Below, piece after piece: positions 36,313-45,507 of a DNA stretch of 64,000 bases (the first letter of the stretch is position 1; each line of letters starts with the position of its first letter). The notes below the pieces were generated by a model. That model did no database searches and was not told the origin of the DNA. It saw only the letters and a program-made list of their open reading frames with translations. Source of the DNA: Xanthobacteraceae bacterium (GTDB lineage: Bacteria; Pseudomonadota; Alphaproteobacteria; Rhizobiales; Xanthobacteraceae); assembly GCA_036557705.1 (NCBI GenBank), contig DATBHB010000016.1, positions 13,325 to 77,324 on the forward strand, in the 5' to 3' direction. Both the position numbers and the translations under genes were made by a program.

Positions 36313-36588
36313 CTAGGACTCGGGCTGTTGAGGTCCCATCCCGGGGGGGTCGTCACGGAATGCGCTCGAGGCGACCAATCCAATCCCGGCGATGATCGCG
36401 AACAGCGCCGTGCAGGCTGCCGCGATCAGGCAGGCGGTGCCGAAAATGAAGAACGCGCTCGCGTAACCGGCGATCCACTGCTCGAACAGCACATCCCCCG
36501 CAATCGCCAGGAAGGCGATGACGCCAATTGACTGGCCGAGCCGCATGAAGGTGCGGCGCACTCGGCGCGCGGGGGATAATGCGTTCAT
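36313..36588 (-). CDS. Small hydrophobic membrane protein (hypothetical)
   Basis: ATG 36588, 91 aa with two or three predicted TM helices (IGVIAFLAIAG..., FIFGTACLIAAACTALFAIIAGIGLV). Confidence 0.45.
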   Translation of the reverse strand: MNALSPARRVRRTFMRLGQSIGVIAFLAIAGDVLFEQWIAGYASAFFIFGTACLIAAACTALFAIIAGIGLVASSAFRDDPPGMGPQQPES

Positions 36589-36888
36589 AGCGGCGATTGG
36601 AATGCACCTTGGACTGGACAGAAGTGTGACGCCAAAGCTTCCGTTTGGAGGCACCGAAAAGGCTGCTCGCCAGCTCCGGCTGCAACCATAGCGTGTGCCG
36701 TCCTGCCGGGCCGCAGACCCGGACCGGGCCGAGCCATGGGTCTTCGGTGAGTTGACGGCATCGCCCACTGCCGTGGTGCATCCCATCGCCCACAGGCGCG
36801 CACTTGATCGGGTACTCGGGTCATGCCATTCGGCGGGATCGGAGGTCGAAACAGTCGCGCGAGTTCACCAAACCAGGGGAGAATCCAA

Positions 36889-37314
36889 GTGAATAAACTT
36901 GCATCGTTTATCTGTTCGGTCGCAGTATGCGGACTCGCTGTTGGACATGCTCAGGAACCGGGGCAACGCACAACACTGAGCGGAGTCTTCACCGCCGTGC
37001 AGGCAAAAAACGGAGAGCGGCTGTTTCAGGCACGCTGCGCGCCCTGCCATGGCGCCGACCTCCATGCCGTCGATCCTGATGCTCCGGACCTGACCGATGA
37101 TGGTTTCAAAACCGGCTGGCTCGGACAGACAGTCGCGAATCGGTTTCGCAATATTCGCATCGCGATGCCGGCCGACGCCCCCGGCAGTCTCGACAACGAG
37201 ACTTACATCGCGATCATTGCCTATATTCTGCAGTTCAACAAAATGCCGCCGGGCAATCAGAAACTGACGCCAGATGTCGAGGCGCTGGAGAAGATCGTTA
37301 TCACGGCTCCCTGA
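36889..37314 (+). CDS. Periplasmic class I c-type cytochrome
   Basis: SD AGGGGAG + GTG 36889. Signal VNKLASFICSVAVCGLAVGHA, haem site CAPCHG, distal Met in FNKMPPG. Confidence 0.75.
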   Translation: MNKLASFICSVAVCGLAVGHAQEPGQRTTLSGVFTAVQAKNGERLFQARCAPCHGADLHAVDPDAPDLTDDGFKTGWLGQTVANRFRNIRIAMPADAPGSLDNETYIAIIAYILQFNKMPPGNQKLTPDVEALEKIVITAP

Positions 37315-38548
37315 TCTCTTCCGGCGGCTTGATATGCCGGAATGAGAACAGCAGCGCCAGATCGTAGGCGATCTTTAGGCATCCGCAGATCATCAGGGGT
37401 AAAGCCGAAAACGAGCTTGCCAGCAGCGCGCCGGAGAGTGCCGGGCTGACCGAGGACGCCAGGCTGCGCGGCACCGCGGTAACGCTTGCGGCGGCGGTTC
37501 GCTCGGCCGGCATGACGAGCGCCATCACGTAGGATGTTCTTGTCGGCACATCCATTTGCGAGAAACCGGACCTCACCAGGAGTAGAATCAAAACGACCAC
37601 GAGGTTTGTGGAAAAGGCAGCAACAATCAGACAAACGCTCGACGGGATATGGGTGAACACCATGGTATTGACGAGGCCGAAACGCGCTCCGAGGCGCGCC
37701 GCTACCGGGTAGGAAAAGGCGGCGAGGACATTCGACCAGAAGAAGAACGTGCTCGCTGCAGCGAGCGACAGATCGAAGCGCTCGAACAGCCAAAGCGCCA
37801 GCAGCGACTGGACCGTAAAGCCCCCGGCAAAGGAATCGATGCTGAACAGGGCTGCGAGCTGGTAGACTTTCTTGCGCGAGGGTCCAAGGCCGGTCCGCTT
37901 CGGGGAATCCGCTGGGCTCGGTGAGCGGGAAAGCAAGGAATAGAACCCGGCTGCCACAAGTCCAAGGGCGGCATAAGCGAAGAACATGGATTGCAAGGCT
38001 CGGGTCCTCGATACTCCTGTCGAGGCCAGGACATCCGGCAAGCCCGCCGCCAGAGCGCCGGCCGCGATGGAAAGCGCTCCGATCAAGCTGTAACGAGCAA
38101 AAACATGCGTCCGATCCTGATCGGAGGCTTGCTGTGCCAGAGCGGCATGTTCGAGCGGAACGTGCACCCCGATGTCGCCGGTCGTTGGATTGATGGTCCC
38201 GAAGAAGGCGACCGCCGCAATGAAGGCCACATGCTGGGACGCCGGCATGGCGATGCCGGTTGCAAGCATCAGCAGCGCGCACGCGAGGAGGAGACTGCGC
38301 GCGTCATACCGCGGCGCGACGAACCCGATTGCAAGAGTCAACGCTGCCGATCCGAGCAGCGCCGCCGTTGCCACTAGGCCGATCTCAAACGGATTAAAGC
38401 CGATCTCGATCAAGTAGGCCGGCAGAACGATGGCGGCGAAGCCGTCGCCGAAGCCACGGGCCGCACGTGCCGCATATAGGTAGAGAGCGTCGGACGGCCG
38501 TTTGCCGGCCAACCAGGCGAGGTAAGAGGAGGAGGGAATGCCGCCCAT
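37301..38548 (-). CDS. MFS transporter
   Basis: SD AGGAG + ATG 38548. About 12 hydrophobic segments. The 3' end overlaps the convergent cytochrome gene by 14 nt. Confidence 0.75.
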   Translation of the reverse strand: MGGIPSSSYLAWLAGKRPSDALYLYAARAARGFGDGFAAIVLPAYLIEIGFNPFEIGLVATAALLGSAALTLAIGFVAPRYDARSLLLACALLMLATGIAMPASQHVAFIAAVAFFGTINPTTGDIGVHVPLEHAALAQQASDQDRTHVFARYSLIGALSIAAGALAAGLPDVLASTGVSRTRALQSMFFAYAALGLVAAGFYSLLSRSPSPADSPKRTGLGPSRKKVYQLAALFSIDSFAGGFTVQSLLALWLFERFDLSLAAASTFFFWSNVLAAFSYPVAARLGARFGLVNTMVFTHIPSSVCLIVAAFSTNLVVVLILLLVRSGFSQMDVPTRTSYVMALVMPAERTAAASVTAVPRSLASSVSPALSGALLASSFSALPLMICGCLKIAYDLALLFSFRHIKPPEEIREP

Positions 38549-38774
38549 ACGCAAGCTCCTTGATCAGGTGCTGCGCAGAGCTTGGACGGTTGGCCGTCTG
38601 CCGGGGCGTCTGCAAGCCCCACCGCCATCTTTTAGCAACTTCATTTCTTGTTGCAAGCAAATCCCGGAGGAGCAGGCGAAATGATTGTGCACGGCAGCAG
38701 TTGTCGGCTTCACGTCCGGGTGTTACGAACAGCAAGCTGACTCAACGCCGTTCTTAGTCTTTTCAGGAGGAATC

Positions 38775-40007
38775 ATGTCGATCCGTTCACTGCTGCCGGC
38801 GCTCGCAGCGGCATCTTTGAGTGCCGCGTTGCCGGCGCAAGCTCAGCAAGCGCGCCAGGATTTTCCCGATGGCCCGGGCAAAGAGATTGTGGTCTCGGTG
38901 TGCAACGGCTGTCATGACGCCAATCGCGTGCGCGCCGGCTACACCCCGGAAGGCTGGCGCACTGTGATTCAGATGATGAAAAACCAGGGTGCGCCGGTGC
39001 CGCCGGATCAGTGGGACACGGTGGCCGCGTATCTGACCAAGAATTTCCCTGAAAGACCAAGACCTCCGGCTGCGGTGATCGAAGGACCCACGCAAGTCAC
39101 GATGAAGCTCTGGGATGTTCCGACTCCAGGGTCGCGGCCGCATGATCCGCGCGCCGCCAGGGACGGGACCATCTGGTACACCGGGCAGTTGGCAAACAAA
39201 ATCGGCCACCTCGATCCGAAAACCGGAGAGATCAAAGAATACCCGCTCAAGACGCCGCGCACCGGTCCGCACGGACTCGCAGAGGACCGGGACGGCAATA
39301 TCTGGTTCACCGGGAACAGTTCCGGGCTTATCGGCAAGCTCGATCCAAAGACCGGCAATGTGACCGAATACAGAATGCCGGATCCGACCGTGAGAGATCC
39401 GCACACTCTGAATTTCGATCAGAGCGGCATATTGTGGTTTACCGCCCAGGTCGGCAATCGGATCGGACGGCTGGACCCCGCGACCGGCGAGATCAAGCTG
39501 GTGGCGCCATTAACGCCGAATGCGAGGCCCTACGGGCTTCAGATAAACTCAAAGGGTATTCCCGTTATCGTTCTCTTCGGTACCAACAAGGTTGCGACGG
39601 TCGATCCGAAAACCCTTGCGATCAAGGAATATGCGCTGCCGGATGCAGCCAGCCGCCCACGCCGGCTTGCGCTGGCCAGCGACACCATCATGTACTACAC
39701 GGACTTTGCCCGCGGCTATCTGGGCCGCCTGGATCTTACGACCGGCGCGGTCAAGGAATGGCAGTCGCCGAGCGGACCGAAATCACAACCGTACGGGATC
39801 GCCTTCACCAAGGGCGCGGTCTGGTACGACGAGGCGAATGCGAAACCAAACGCAATCGTGCGGTTCGATCCGATCACCGAAAAATTTGAGACCTGGACAA
39901 TACCGGGCGGCGGCGACATCGTCCGCAACATGGATGTCGATCGTGACGGCAACATCGTGACTGCGCACAGCCTGGTCAACAAGATCGGACTTGTCACGAT
40001 CAGGTAA
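38775..40007 (+). CDS. Periplasmic haem-c (CNGCH) / Vgb-like beta-propeller protein (short homologue of the 17-28 kb paralogues)
   Basis: SD AGGAGGA + ATG 38775. Signal MSIRSLLPALAAASLSAALPAQA. CNGCHDANRV...VIQMMKNQG, then about seven blades (DGTIWYTGQLANKIGHLDPKTGEIKEYPL...). Confidence 0.85.
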   Translation: MSIRSLLPALAAASLSAALPAQAQQARQDFPDGPGKEIVVSVCNGCHDANRVRAGYTPEGWRTVIQMMKNQGAPVPPDQWDTVAAYLTKNFPERPRPPAAVIEGPTQVTMKLWDVPTPGSRPHDPRAARDGTIWYTGQLANKIGHLDPKTGEIKEYPLKTPRTGPHGLAEDRDGNIWFTGNSSGLIGKLDPKTGNVTEYRMPDPTVRDPHTLNFDQSGILWFTAQVGNRIGRLDPATGEIKLVAPLTPNARPYGLQINSKGIPVIVLFGTNKVATVDPKTLAIKEYALPDAASRPRRLALASDTIMYYTDFARGYLGRLDLTTGAVKEWQSPSGPKSQPYGIAFTKGAVWYDEANAKPNAIVRFDPITEKFETWTIPGGGDIVRNMDVDRDGNIVTAHSLVNKIGLVTIR

Positions 40008-40054
40008 CTCGTTTCTGACGCGCTCCCCGGCGCATCTGCTCCTTATCGACGAGC

Positions 40055-40085
40055 ATCAAACAGTCGGCACTGCCGACTGTTTGAT
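40055..40085. repeat. Perfect 15+1+15 bp palindrome ATCAAACAGTCGGCA-C-TGCCGACTGTTTGAT
   Basis: Read directly from the sequence. Lies between stop 40007 and the next start 40116. Confidence 0.9.
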
Positions 40086-40115
40086 AAGTCGTGAGCACGG
40101 CGCGAAGGATTTGTG

Positions 40116-41123
40116 ATGCGCATCATCCTTGCCTACAATCACTTCTTTCCCAGGCGCTATTTCGATGCGCTCTTGGACAGTCCGGCGGCCGCCAAGGACC
40201 TGGGCAAGCGCGTGCGCGGGATCCCCGCCCTGTTCGATCTCGATTGCAGGCTGCGCGTGGTCGATCAATTCGAGGGCTATGCCCAGGTCCTCTCGCACGG
40301 CTTGCCGCCCATCGAGCGGCTGTTCGGCCCGGACAAATCCCCGGAAATGGCCCGTATCGCCAACGACGGCCTCGCCGAGATCGTCGCCCGGCACCCGGAC
40401 CAGTTCGCCGGCTATTCGGCACTGCTGCCGATGAACGCGCCGGAGAAGGCGGTCCGAGAAGCCGAGCGCGTGCTTGAGAACGGCGCCAATGCCATCCAGC
40501 TTGCCACGAATGCCAACGGGGTGCCGCTCGATCAAGCGCAGTTCTGGCCGATCTATGAGGTCATCGAGAAATCCGGCAAGCCGATCCTGCTTCATCCCGC
40601 GCGCACCCGCCAGATGCCGGATTATCCGACCGAAACCTACTCGAAATATGAAATCTGCAGCGTGCTCGGCTGGCCCTATGAAACCGGCGTGACGCTCGCC
40701 CGCTTCGTGTTTTCCGGCATCATGGATCGTTTCCCAGAGCTCAAAATCATTTCGCATCACCTGGGCGGAGTCATTCCTTATCTTGAAGGCCGTGTCGCCC
40801 ACAGCTTCGACCAGCTCGGGGCGCGCACATCGGACGAGGACTATGGCGCTCTGCTCAAAAACCTCAAGAAGCGGCCTTACGATTACTTCAAGGAATTCTA
40901 TGCCGATACTGCGGTCGAAGGGGCGCGCGCCGCGACGATTTGCGGGATTGAGTTCTTCACTGCCGATCACGTGCTGTTTGCTTCCGACTGCCCGTTCGAC
41001 AAGGAGAAGGGTCCCGGTTACATACGCGACACCATCAACGTGATCGAGTCGCTCGACCTTGCGCCCGCGGACAAGGAGAAGATCTGCTATAAAAATGCAC
41101 AGCGGTTGTTTGGGGTGATATGA
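40116..41123 (+). CDS. Amidohydrolase_2 (ACMSD-like metal-dependent decarboxylase/hydrolase) family protein
   Basis: SD GAAGGA + ATG 40116. LLHP, ISHHLGG and FASDCPFD motifs. The N-terminal HxH is replaced by Y-N-H (ILAYNHF). Confidence 0.75.
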   Translation: MRIILAYNHFFPRRYFDALLDSPAAAKDLGKRVRGIPALFDLDCRLRVVDQFEGYAQVLSHGLPPIERLFGPDKSPEMARIANDGLAEIVARHPDQFAGYSALLPMNAPEKAVREAERVLENGANAIQLATNANGVPLDQAQFWPIYEVIEKSGKPILLHPARTRQMPDYPTETYSKYEICSVLGWPYETGVTLARFVFSGIMDRFPELKIISHHLGGVIPYLEGRVAHSFDQLGARTSDEDYGALLKNLKKRPYDYFKEFYADTAVEGARAATICGIEFFTADHVLFASDCPFDKEKGPGYIRDTINVIESLDLAPADKEKICYKNAQRLFGVI

Positions 41124-41135
41124 AGCGACACCGCT

Positions 41136-41267
41136 GTAGGGTGGGCAAAGGCGCGATCCATACGCACGAGCCGTGCCACACGCAGAAAAGAGCGCCGTGC
41201 CCACGCGCATCCGTCCGCGTGGGCACGGCGGACGCGCTAAAGCGCCTCGCGCCTTTGCCCACCCTAC
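41136..41267. repeat. Repeat family 2 element (132 bp, MITE-like)
   Basis: Termini GTAGGGTGGGCAAAGGCGCG ... CGCGCCTTTGCCCACCCTAC. Internal palindrome CGCCGTGCCCACGCG...CGCGTGGGCACGGCG. Confidence 0.9.
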
Positions 41268-41301
41268 AGAATCTCTTGTAACCCAGTGATGCTACCCGCC
41301 C

Positions 41302-42249
41302 ATGTCCTCCCCCCGCCGCATCGATTTCCATTTTCATCTGATCCCACCGTTCTATCGCGATGCCGTATACGAGGCCGGTGGCGGGCCGGCAATCGGTCGC
41401 TATCCGGACTGGTCGCCGCAAATGGCGCTTGAGATGATGGACCAGAACGGGATCGAAATTGCTCTGCTCTCGCTGGCGCAGCCCGGCGTCCAGTTCGGCG
41501 ATCCTGCCAAGGCCTTGGCTCTGGCGCGCCGTTGCAACGATTACGCTTCGCAACTGAGATCGGATTGGCGGCGGCGCTTCGGCGCATTGGCGGTGGTGCC
41601 GATGTGGAATCCACAAGAGGCTGTAGAAGAAATCGCCCGTTCGCTCGATCAACTCAAGCTCGAAGGCGTATGCCTGTTCGCGAGCTACGGCGAGAGATTT
41701 CTCGGCGACCCCGTTTTCGATCCGGTTCTCGAAGCTCTCAACGACCGTGACGCCGTTGCTTTCATTCATCCGGCTCTGCATCCGTCGAGCCGCAGCCTTG
41801 CTTTGCCGTGGCCAGGCTTCGTGATGGAATATCTTTTCGATACCACGCGAGCGGCCGTCAATCTCGTCTTCGGCGGCGCCATTGAGCGCTTTGCGCGCAT
41901 CAGATTCGTGCTGGCGCATGCCGGCGGGCTTATCCCGTATTTCGCCTGGCGGCTCTCGGTTTCGCCGATGATCGACAGTCGCATGCAGCAACTGTCACGC
42001 GATGAGGTTTACCGGCGGCTACGCTGCTTCTGGTATGACAACGCGCTTGCTCCGGCGCCGGAGACGCATGCGTGCCTCAACACCATAGCCGCGCCCGACC
42101 GCCTTGTATTCGGCAGCGATTGGCCGTTTGCAAATGTGAACGTGGTCGCCGAAGCCGTGCGGACCTACCGGGGCGTGGCTATGTCGCCGGCGCAACGCAG
42201 CTCCATTGACCGGGGCAACGCACTCGCGCTTTTCCCCCAGTTTGGCTGA
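41302..42249 (+). CDS. Amidohydrolase_2 (ACMSD-like) family protein
   Basis: 315 aa. Canonical IDFHFHLIP (HxH), AHAGG and FGSDWPF. Confidence 0.8.
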   Translation: MSSPRRIDFHFHLIPPFYRDAVYEAGGGPAIGRYPDWSPQMALEMMDQNGIEIALLSLAQPGVQFGDPAKALALARRCNDYASQLRSDWRRRFGALAVVPMWNPQEAVEEIARSLDQLKLEGVCLFASYGERFLGDPVFDPVLEALNDRDAVAFIHPALHPSSRSLALPWPGFVMEYLFDTTRAAVNLVFGGAIERFARIRFVLAHAGGLIPYFAWRLSVSPMIDSRMQQLSRDEVYRRLRCFWYDNALAPAPETHACLNTIAAPDRLVFGSDWPFANVNVVAEAVRTYRGVAMSPAQRSSIDRGNALALFPQFG

Positions 42250-42288
42250 CGATATGATCGCCCGGGCGACCCAAAGCAGCGAGCTCCC

Positions 42289-43254
42289 ATGACGCAGATC
42301 CGCAGCTTGGCGCAGTCGGCGCCGCGCCGTCCTGGCGCGCTTGGCGTGCATTCGCTTGACCATGTGAACATCTCGGTCCCCGACGTAAACGAAGCTCGGC
42401 GATTCTATGCCTCCTTCGGGCTTGATCTGCGGGAAGAAGGAAACAGGCTCGACATTCACACGCGAGGTCACCCGCATCGCTGGGCCTCTGTTATTGAAGG
42501 TCCGCGTAAAAAGCTGCAGTTCATCTCCTTTGGAGCTTTCGAGGATGATTTGCCGCGGTTTCGTGAGCGCCTGGAGAAGCTCAACATCGAGCGGATCGAT
42601 CCGCCGCGGGGAGCGGAATCGAACGGGATCTGGCTGCATAACCCCGACGGGGTGCCGATTGAGATCCGTGTTGCCGAAAAATCCTCGCCCAACGAAAAAT
42701 CGTCGCACGAGAGCCTCTCCTCGCCACCGGGCATTGCCGGCGCGCCGAGCCTTAGCACGAAACCCTTTGTACAGCCGCGGCGGCTTGCGCATGTCCTGGT
42801 CTTCACGCGAGACGTGCCCGCGGCGATCGCCTTCTACAGCGATGTCCTCGGGCTGCGCTTGTCCGATCGGTCAGGCGACATGATAGGTTTCATGCATGCC
42901 GTTCATGGCAGCGACCATCATGTGATCGCGTTCGTAAAGGCGGATGGCCCCGGTCTACATCATTTGAGCTGGGACGTGCCCTCGATCAACCACATCGGCC
43001 TGGGCGCCATGCAAATGGCGGACAAGGGCTTCACCGCCGGGTGGGGAGTTGGGCGACATGTGCTCGGGTCGAATTATTTCCATTATGTCCGCGATCCGTG
43101 GGGCAGCTATTGCGAGTATTCGTCGGACGTCGATTACATTCCGTTCGATCACGATTGGAAGAGCGGCGATCATCCGCCCGAAGATTCATTCTACGTCTGG
43201 GGGCCGACTCCGCCCGCGGATTTCGCCTTCAATCACGAACTGGGAGCCGCATAG
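42289..43254 (+). CDS. Two-module VOC protein, extradiol (catechol 2,3-) dioxygenase-like
   Basis: 321 aa. Two VOC modules begin at HSLDHVNISVPD and LAHVLVFTRDV. His/Glu ligand candidates (HH.SWDV, ...YCEY). Confidence 0.75.
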   Translation: MTQIRSLAQSAPRRPGALGVHSLDHVNISVPDVNEARRFYASFGLDLREEGNRLDIHTRGHPHRWASVIEGPRKKLQFISFGAFEDDLPRFRERLEKLNIERIDPPRGAESNGIWLHNPDGVPIEIRVAEKSSPNEKSSHESLSSPPGIAGAPSLSTKPFVQPRRLAHVLVFTRDVPAAIAFYSDVLGLRLSDRSGDMIGFMHAVHGSDHHVIAFVKADGPGLHHLSWDVPSINHIGLGAMQMADKGFTAGWGVGRHVLGSNYFHYVRDPWGSYCEYSSDVDYIPFDHDWKSGDHPPEDSFYVWGPTPPADFAFNHELGAA

Positions 43255-43300
43255 CGCGGATTGGAGCTGGCGCGGGTGCGCAAGCGCAAATCCGGGCTAC
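43255..43300. repeat. Half REP (…GCGCAAATCCGGGCTAC)
   Basis: GCGCGGATTGGAGCTGGCGCGGGTGCGCAAGCGCAAATCCGGGCTAC in the convergent gap. Confidence 0.7.
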
Positions 43301-43309
43301 GCGAGAGAT

Positions 43310-45082
43310 TTACTTCACCGTACGACTCGCATCGCTTGCCGTCGCCGATGCGGCAATACCGGGCCAGCGCTCGTGCGTGATCGGCACGATTAGCTTCACG
43401 TCGAGACCCTCCGGACTGAAATTCTGCTCCACCTTGCCATTGAGTTGGCGCTCGATCGAGAGATTGATGAGCTTGGAGCCGAGGCGAGCGCGAGGGGCGC
43501 GTCTGGGACGCGGTCCCTGCCGTTCCTTCCAATCGATCGTCAGGGTCGGACCGAGTGCGGTACGACTGGCGAACCAGGTGACTTCGACCCGACCGTTGCG
43601 GCCCGACAGGCTGCCGTGCTGCAAGGCATTGGTCGCCAGTTCATGGACTGCGGTACTCAGACCGAAGGTCACATCCGGCTCGAGGAAGACGCTCGATCCG
43701 CTGAGCGAGATGCGGTCAAGATAGGGCCCGAGCAGCGTGTTCAGAAGTTCGGCGAGCGAGGCTGATTTCCAGCCGCCTTCGGTGATCAATCGATGCGCGC
43801 TTGCGAGCGCCAGCACCCGTGCCTGGTATTTGGTCGCCAATTCGGGAATGTTCTTCGAAGTCTTGGCTGTCTGCGAGAACATCGCCAACAGCTGCGCAAA
43901 CAAGTTGCCGGAGCGGTGGCGTAGTTCACGGATCATCAATTCCTGGCGCCGGTCGCTTTGCAGCCGCGCGATCGCGCCTGCAACTACGCTTGCCACTGCT
44001 GTGATAAACGACACGTCGTGCTCGCTGAACTTTCGCAGCGTCCGGCAATGCGCGGTGAGCACGCCGTAGGCGCGGCCGTCGCGGCCCGCAATAGGCACGG
44101 CAATGCCGCTGACGACACCGTTGTTGTGTAACAGCGGCGAACCGGCGAAACGTTTCTCGTTGGCGAGATTTTCGAGAATGATCGGGCGGCCGGAAGCCAG
44201 GGTAAAGCCGGCATGGGTGTCGCGGGCCGTCGAGACGTGTGCAGTCCCGATCAGTTCCGGTTTCCATCCGACTCCGGACCGCAACAGCAGTTCGGCGTCG
44301 CCGGGTATGAGTTCCAGGATTTTTACGAGCTCCGAATCAAGGACTTGGGCGACCGTAGCCACGGCTCCATCGCAGAATTTTTGCAGATCGTTTTCGGTCA
44401 GCGCGCGCTCGCCGAGACGTGCAACGGCCTCCTGTTGGATCGCGCGCTGTCGCAGCTCATTATGCGTCTTGGCACGGTCAGTAACGTCCCGGCAAAGGCC
44501 GACGAGTCGCACTGCCCTGCCGCTCTCGACCTGGGCCATCGCCAGAGTCTCGATCCAACGCTGGGCTCCTCCCGGGCGCGGCTGCAAACGATACATGATG
44601 CGGCGCGGAGTAAGCGTCTGAACCACTTCCTGCATCGTCGCCAGCACGGCCGGCCGATCGTCCGGATGCACGTCGCTTTCGAATACGGAGGTGGTGCCCG
44701 CCAGCGAACCATGCGGCTTGCCGAGCACGCTTTCGAGATTGGCCGACCACGTAACCTCTTTCGATCCGATATCCCAGGACCAGCAGGCAAACCCTGCGGC
44801 TTCGAGCACGCTCGGGATCAGCTCGGAGTGAGCAAAGAACGGTTGCGGTGCAGGGAGCGCGTCGCGAGAAGCATCGTCGCTGCTTTGCGTGCCTGGCCTT
44901 CTCGCACCCATTGATTGATCGCCTGCGCAGCGGGACTCCGAATCCAAATTGATTTGCTCCGCTGACCGGTCGAACGTCAACCTCGATGGATTCCGCGTCC
45001 CGGGCAGCCGAGCCGTGACATCCCCCAACTGCCCTCCCGACATATCTCCTCGTCGAGATGCCATCGCGAGCCGCCTGACCAT
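43310..45082 (-). CDS. HWE-family sensor histidine kinase with PAS and GAF domains (PhyK-like GSR kinase candidate)
   Basis: H-box IRELRHRSGNLF and HELATNALQHGSLS (HWE/HisKA_2 type). PAS (AGFACWSWDIGSKEVTWS) and a GAF-like region. Start uncertain: ATG 45082, 45064, 45043 or TTG 45265. Confidence 0.85.
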   Translation of the reverse strand: MVRRLAMASRRGDMSGGQLGDVTARLPGTRNPSRLTFDRSAEQINLDSESRCAGDQSMGARRPGTQSSDDASRDALPAPQPFFAHSELIPSVLEAAGFACWSWDIGSKEVTWSANLESVLGKPHGSLAGTTSVFESDVHPDDRPAVLATMQEVVQTLTPRRIMYRLQPRPGGAQRWIETLAMAQVESGRAVRLVGLCRDVTDRAKTHNELRQRAIQQEAVARLGERALTENDLQKFCDGAVATVAQVLDSELVKILELIPGDAELLLRSGVGWKPELIGTAHVSTARDTHAGFTLASGRPIILENLANEKRFAGSPLLHNNGVVSGIAVPIAGRDGRAYGVLTAHCRTLRKFSEHDVSFITAVASVVAGAIARLQSDRRQELMIRELRHRSGNLFAQLLAMFSQTAKTSKNIPELATKYQARVLALASAHRLITEGGWKSASLAELLNTLLGPYLDRISLSGSSVFLEPDVTFGLSTAVHELATNALQHGSLSGRNGRVEVTWFASRTALGPTLTIDWKERQGPRPRRAPRARLGSKLINLSIERQLNGKVEQNFSPEGLDVKLIVPITHERWPGIAASATASDASRTVK

Positions 45083-45465
45083 ACCGCGTTTTGCCGCGGA
45101 TTTTCGAATAATTGCACTCGTCGAAACGACGCTCGCCGCCCGAACTCCATTGCTACTCGCCCTGGGAAAATGCACGACCCGCAGCACGTCACCGTCGGTT
45201 GGCAGAGCCGGAGCATTGCACCCACGTGCTTTAATAAGGGCGGAGCGAATCGAAAGTTCCAGCAACCGGTGGGTTGCGGATCGTCCGCTGGCATCGAGCG
45301 GCTAACCAAGTCAGCCAGCCGGCCCGGTTCCACTGACCGATTTGTCATGGAAATGGCGCCCTGGGTGAAAATCAAACCATGGTGCACCGGAACCAACCGG
45401 CGCTTTTTGCATTGGTAGGACGACCGGCCGCCCATTTCCCCCTCCCCGTGCTCGGTCGGTCTTAA

Positions 45466-45507
45466 GGGCGTAGTCGATATTACGATCGGCTACGCCCCTG
45501 TTTTTTT
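45466..45507 (+). terminator. Intrinsic terminator on the plus strand with no annotated plus-strand gene upstream
   Basis: 13-bp stem GGGCGTAGTCGAT / ATCGGCTACGCCC (one G-U pair), 6-nt loop, then CTG + TTTTTTT (45501-45507). Confidence 0.6.

Noticed and set aside
37301-37314. A 14-nt overlap of the convergent cytochrome c and MFS genes.
   Set aside because: Short 3'-3' overlaps are common in compact high-GC genomes. There is no evidence of functional significance.
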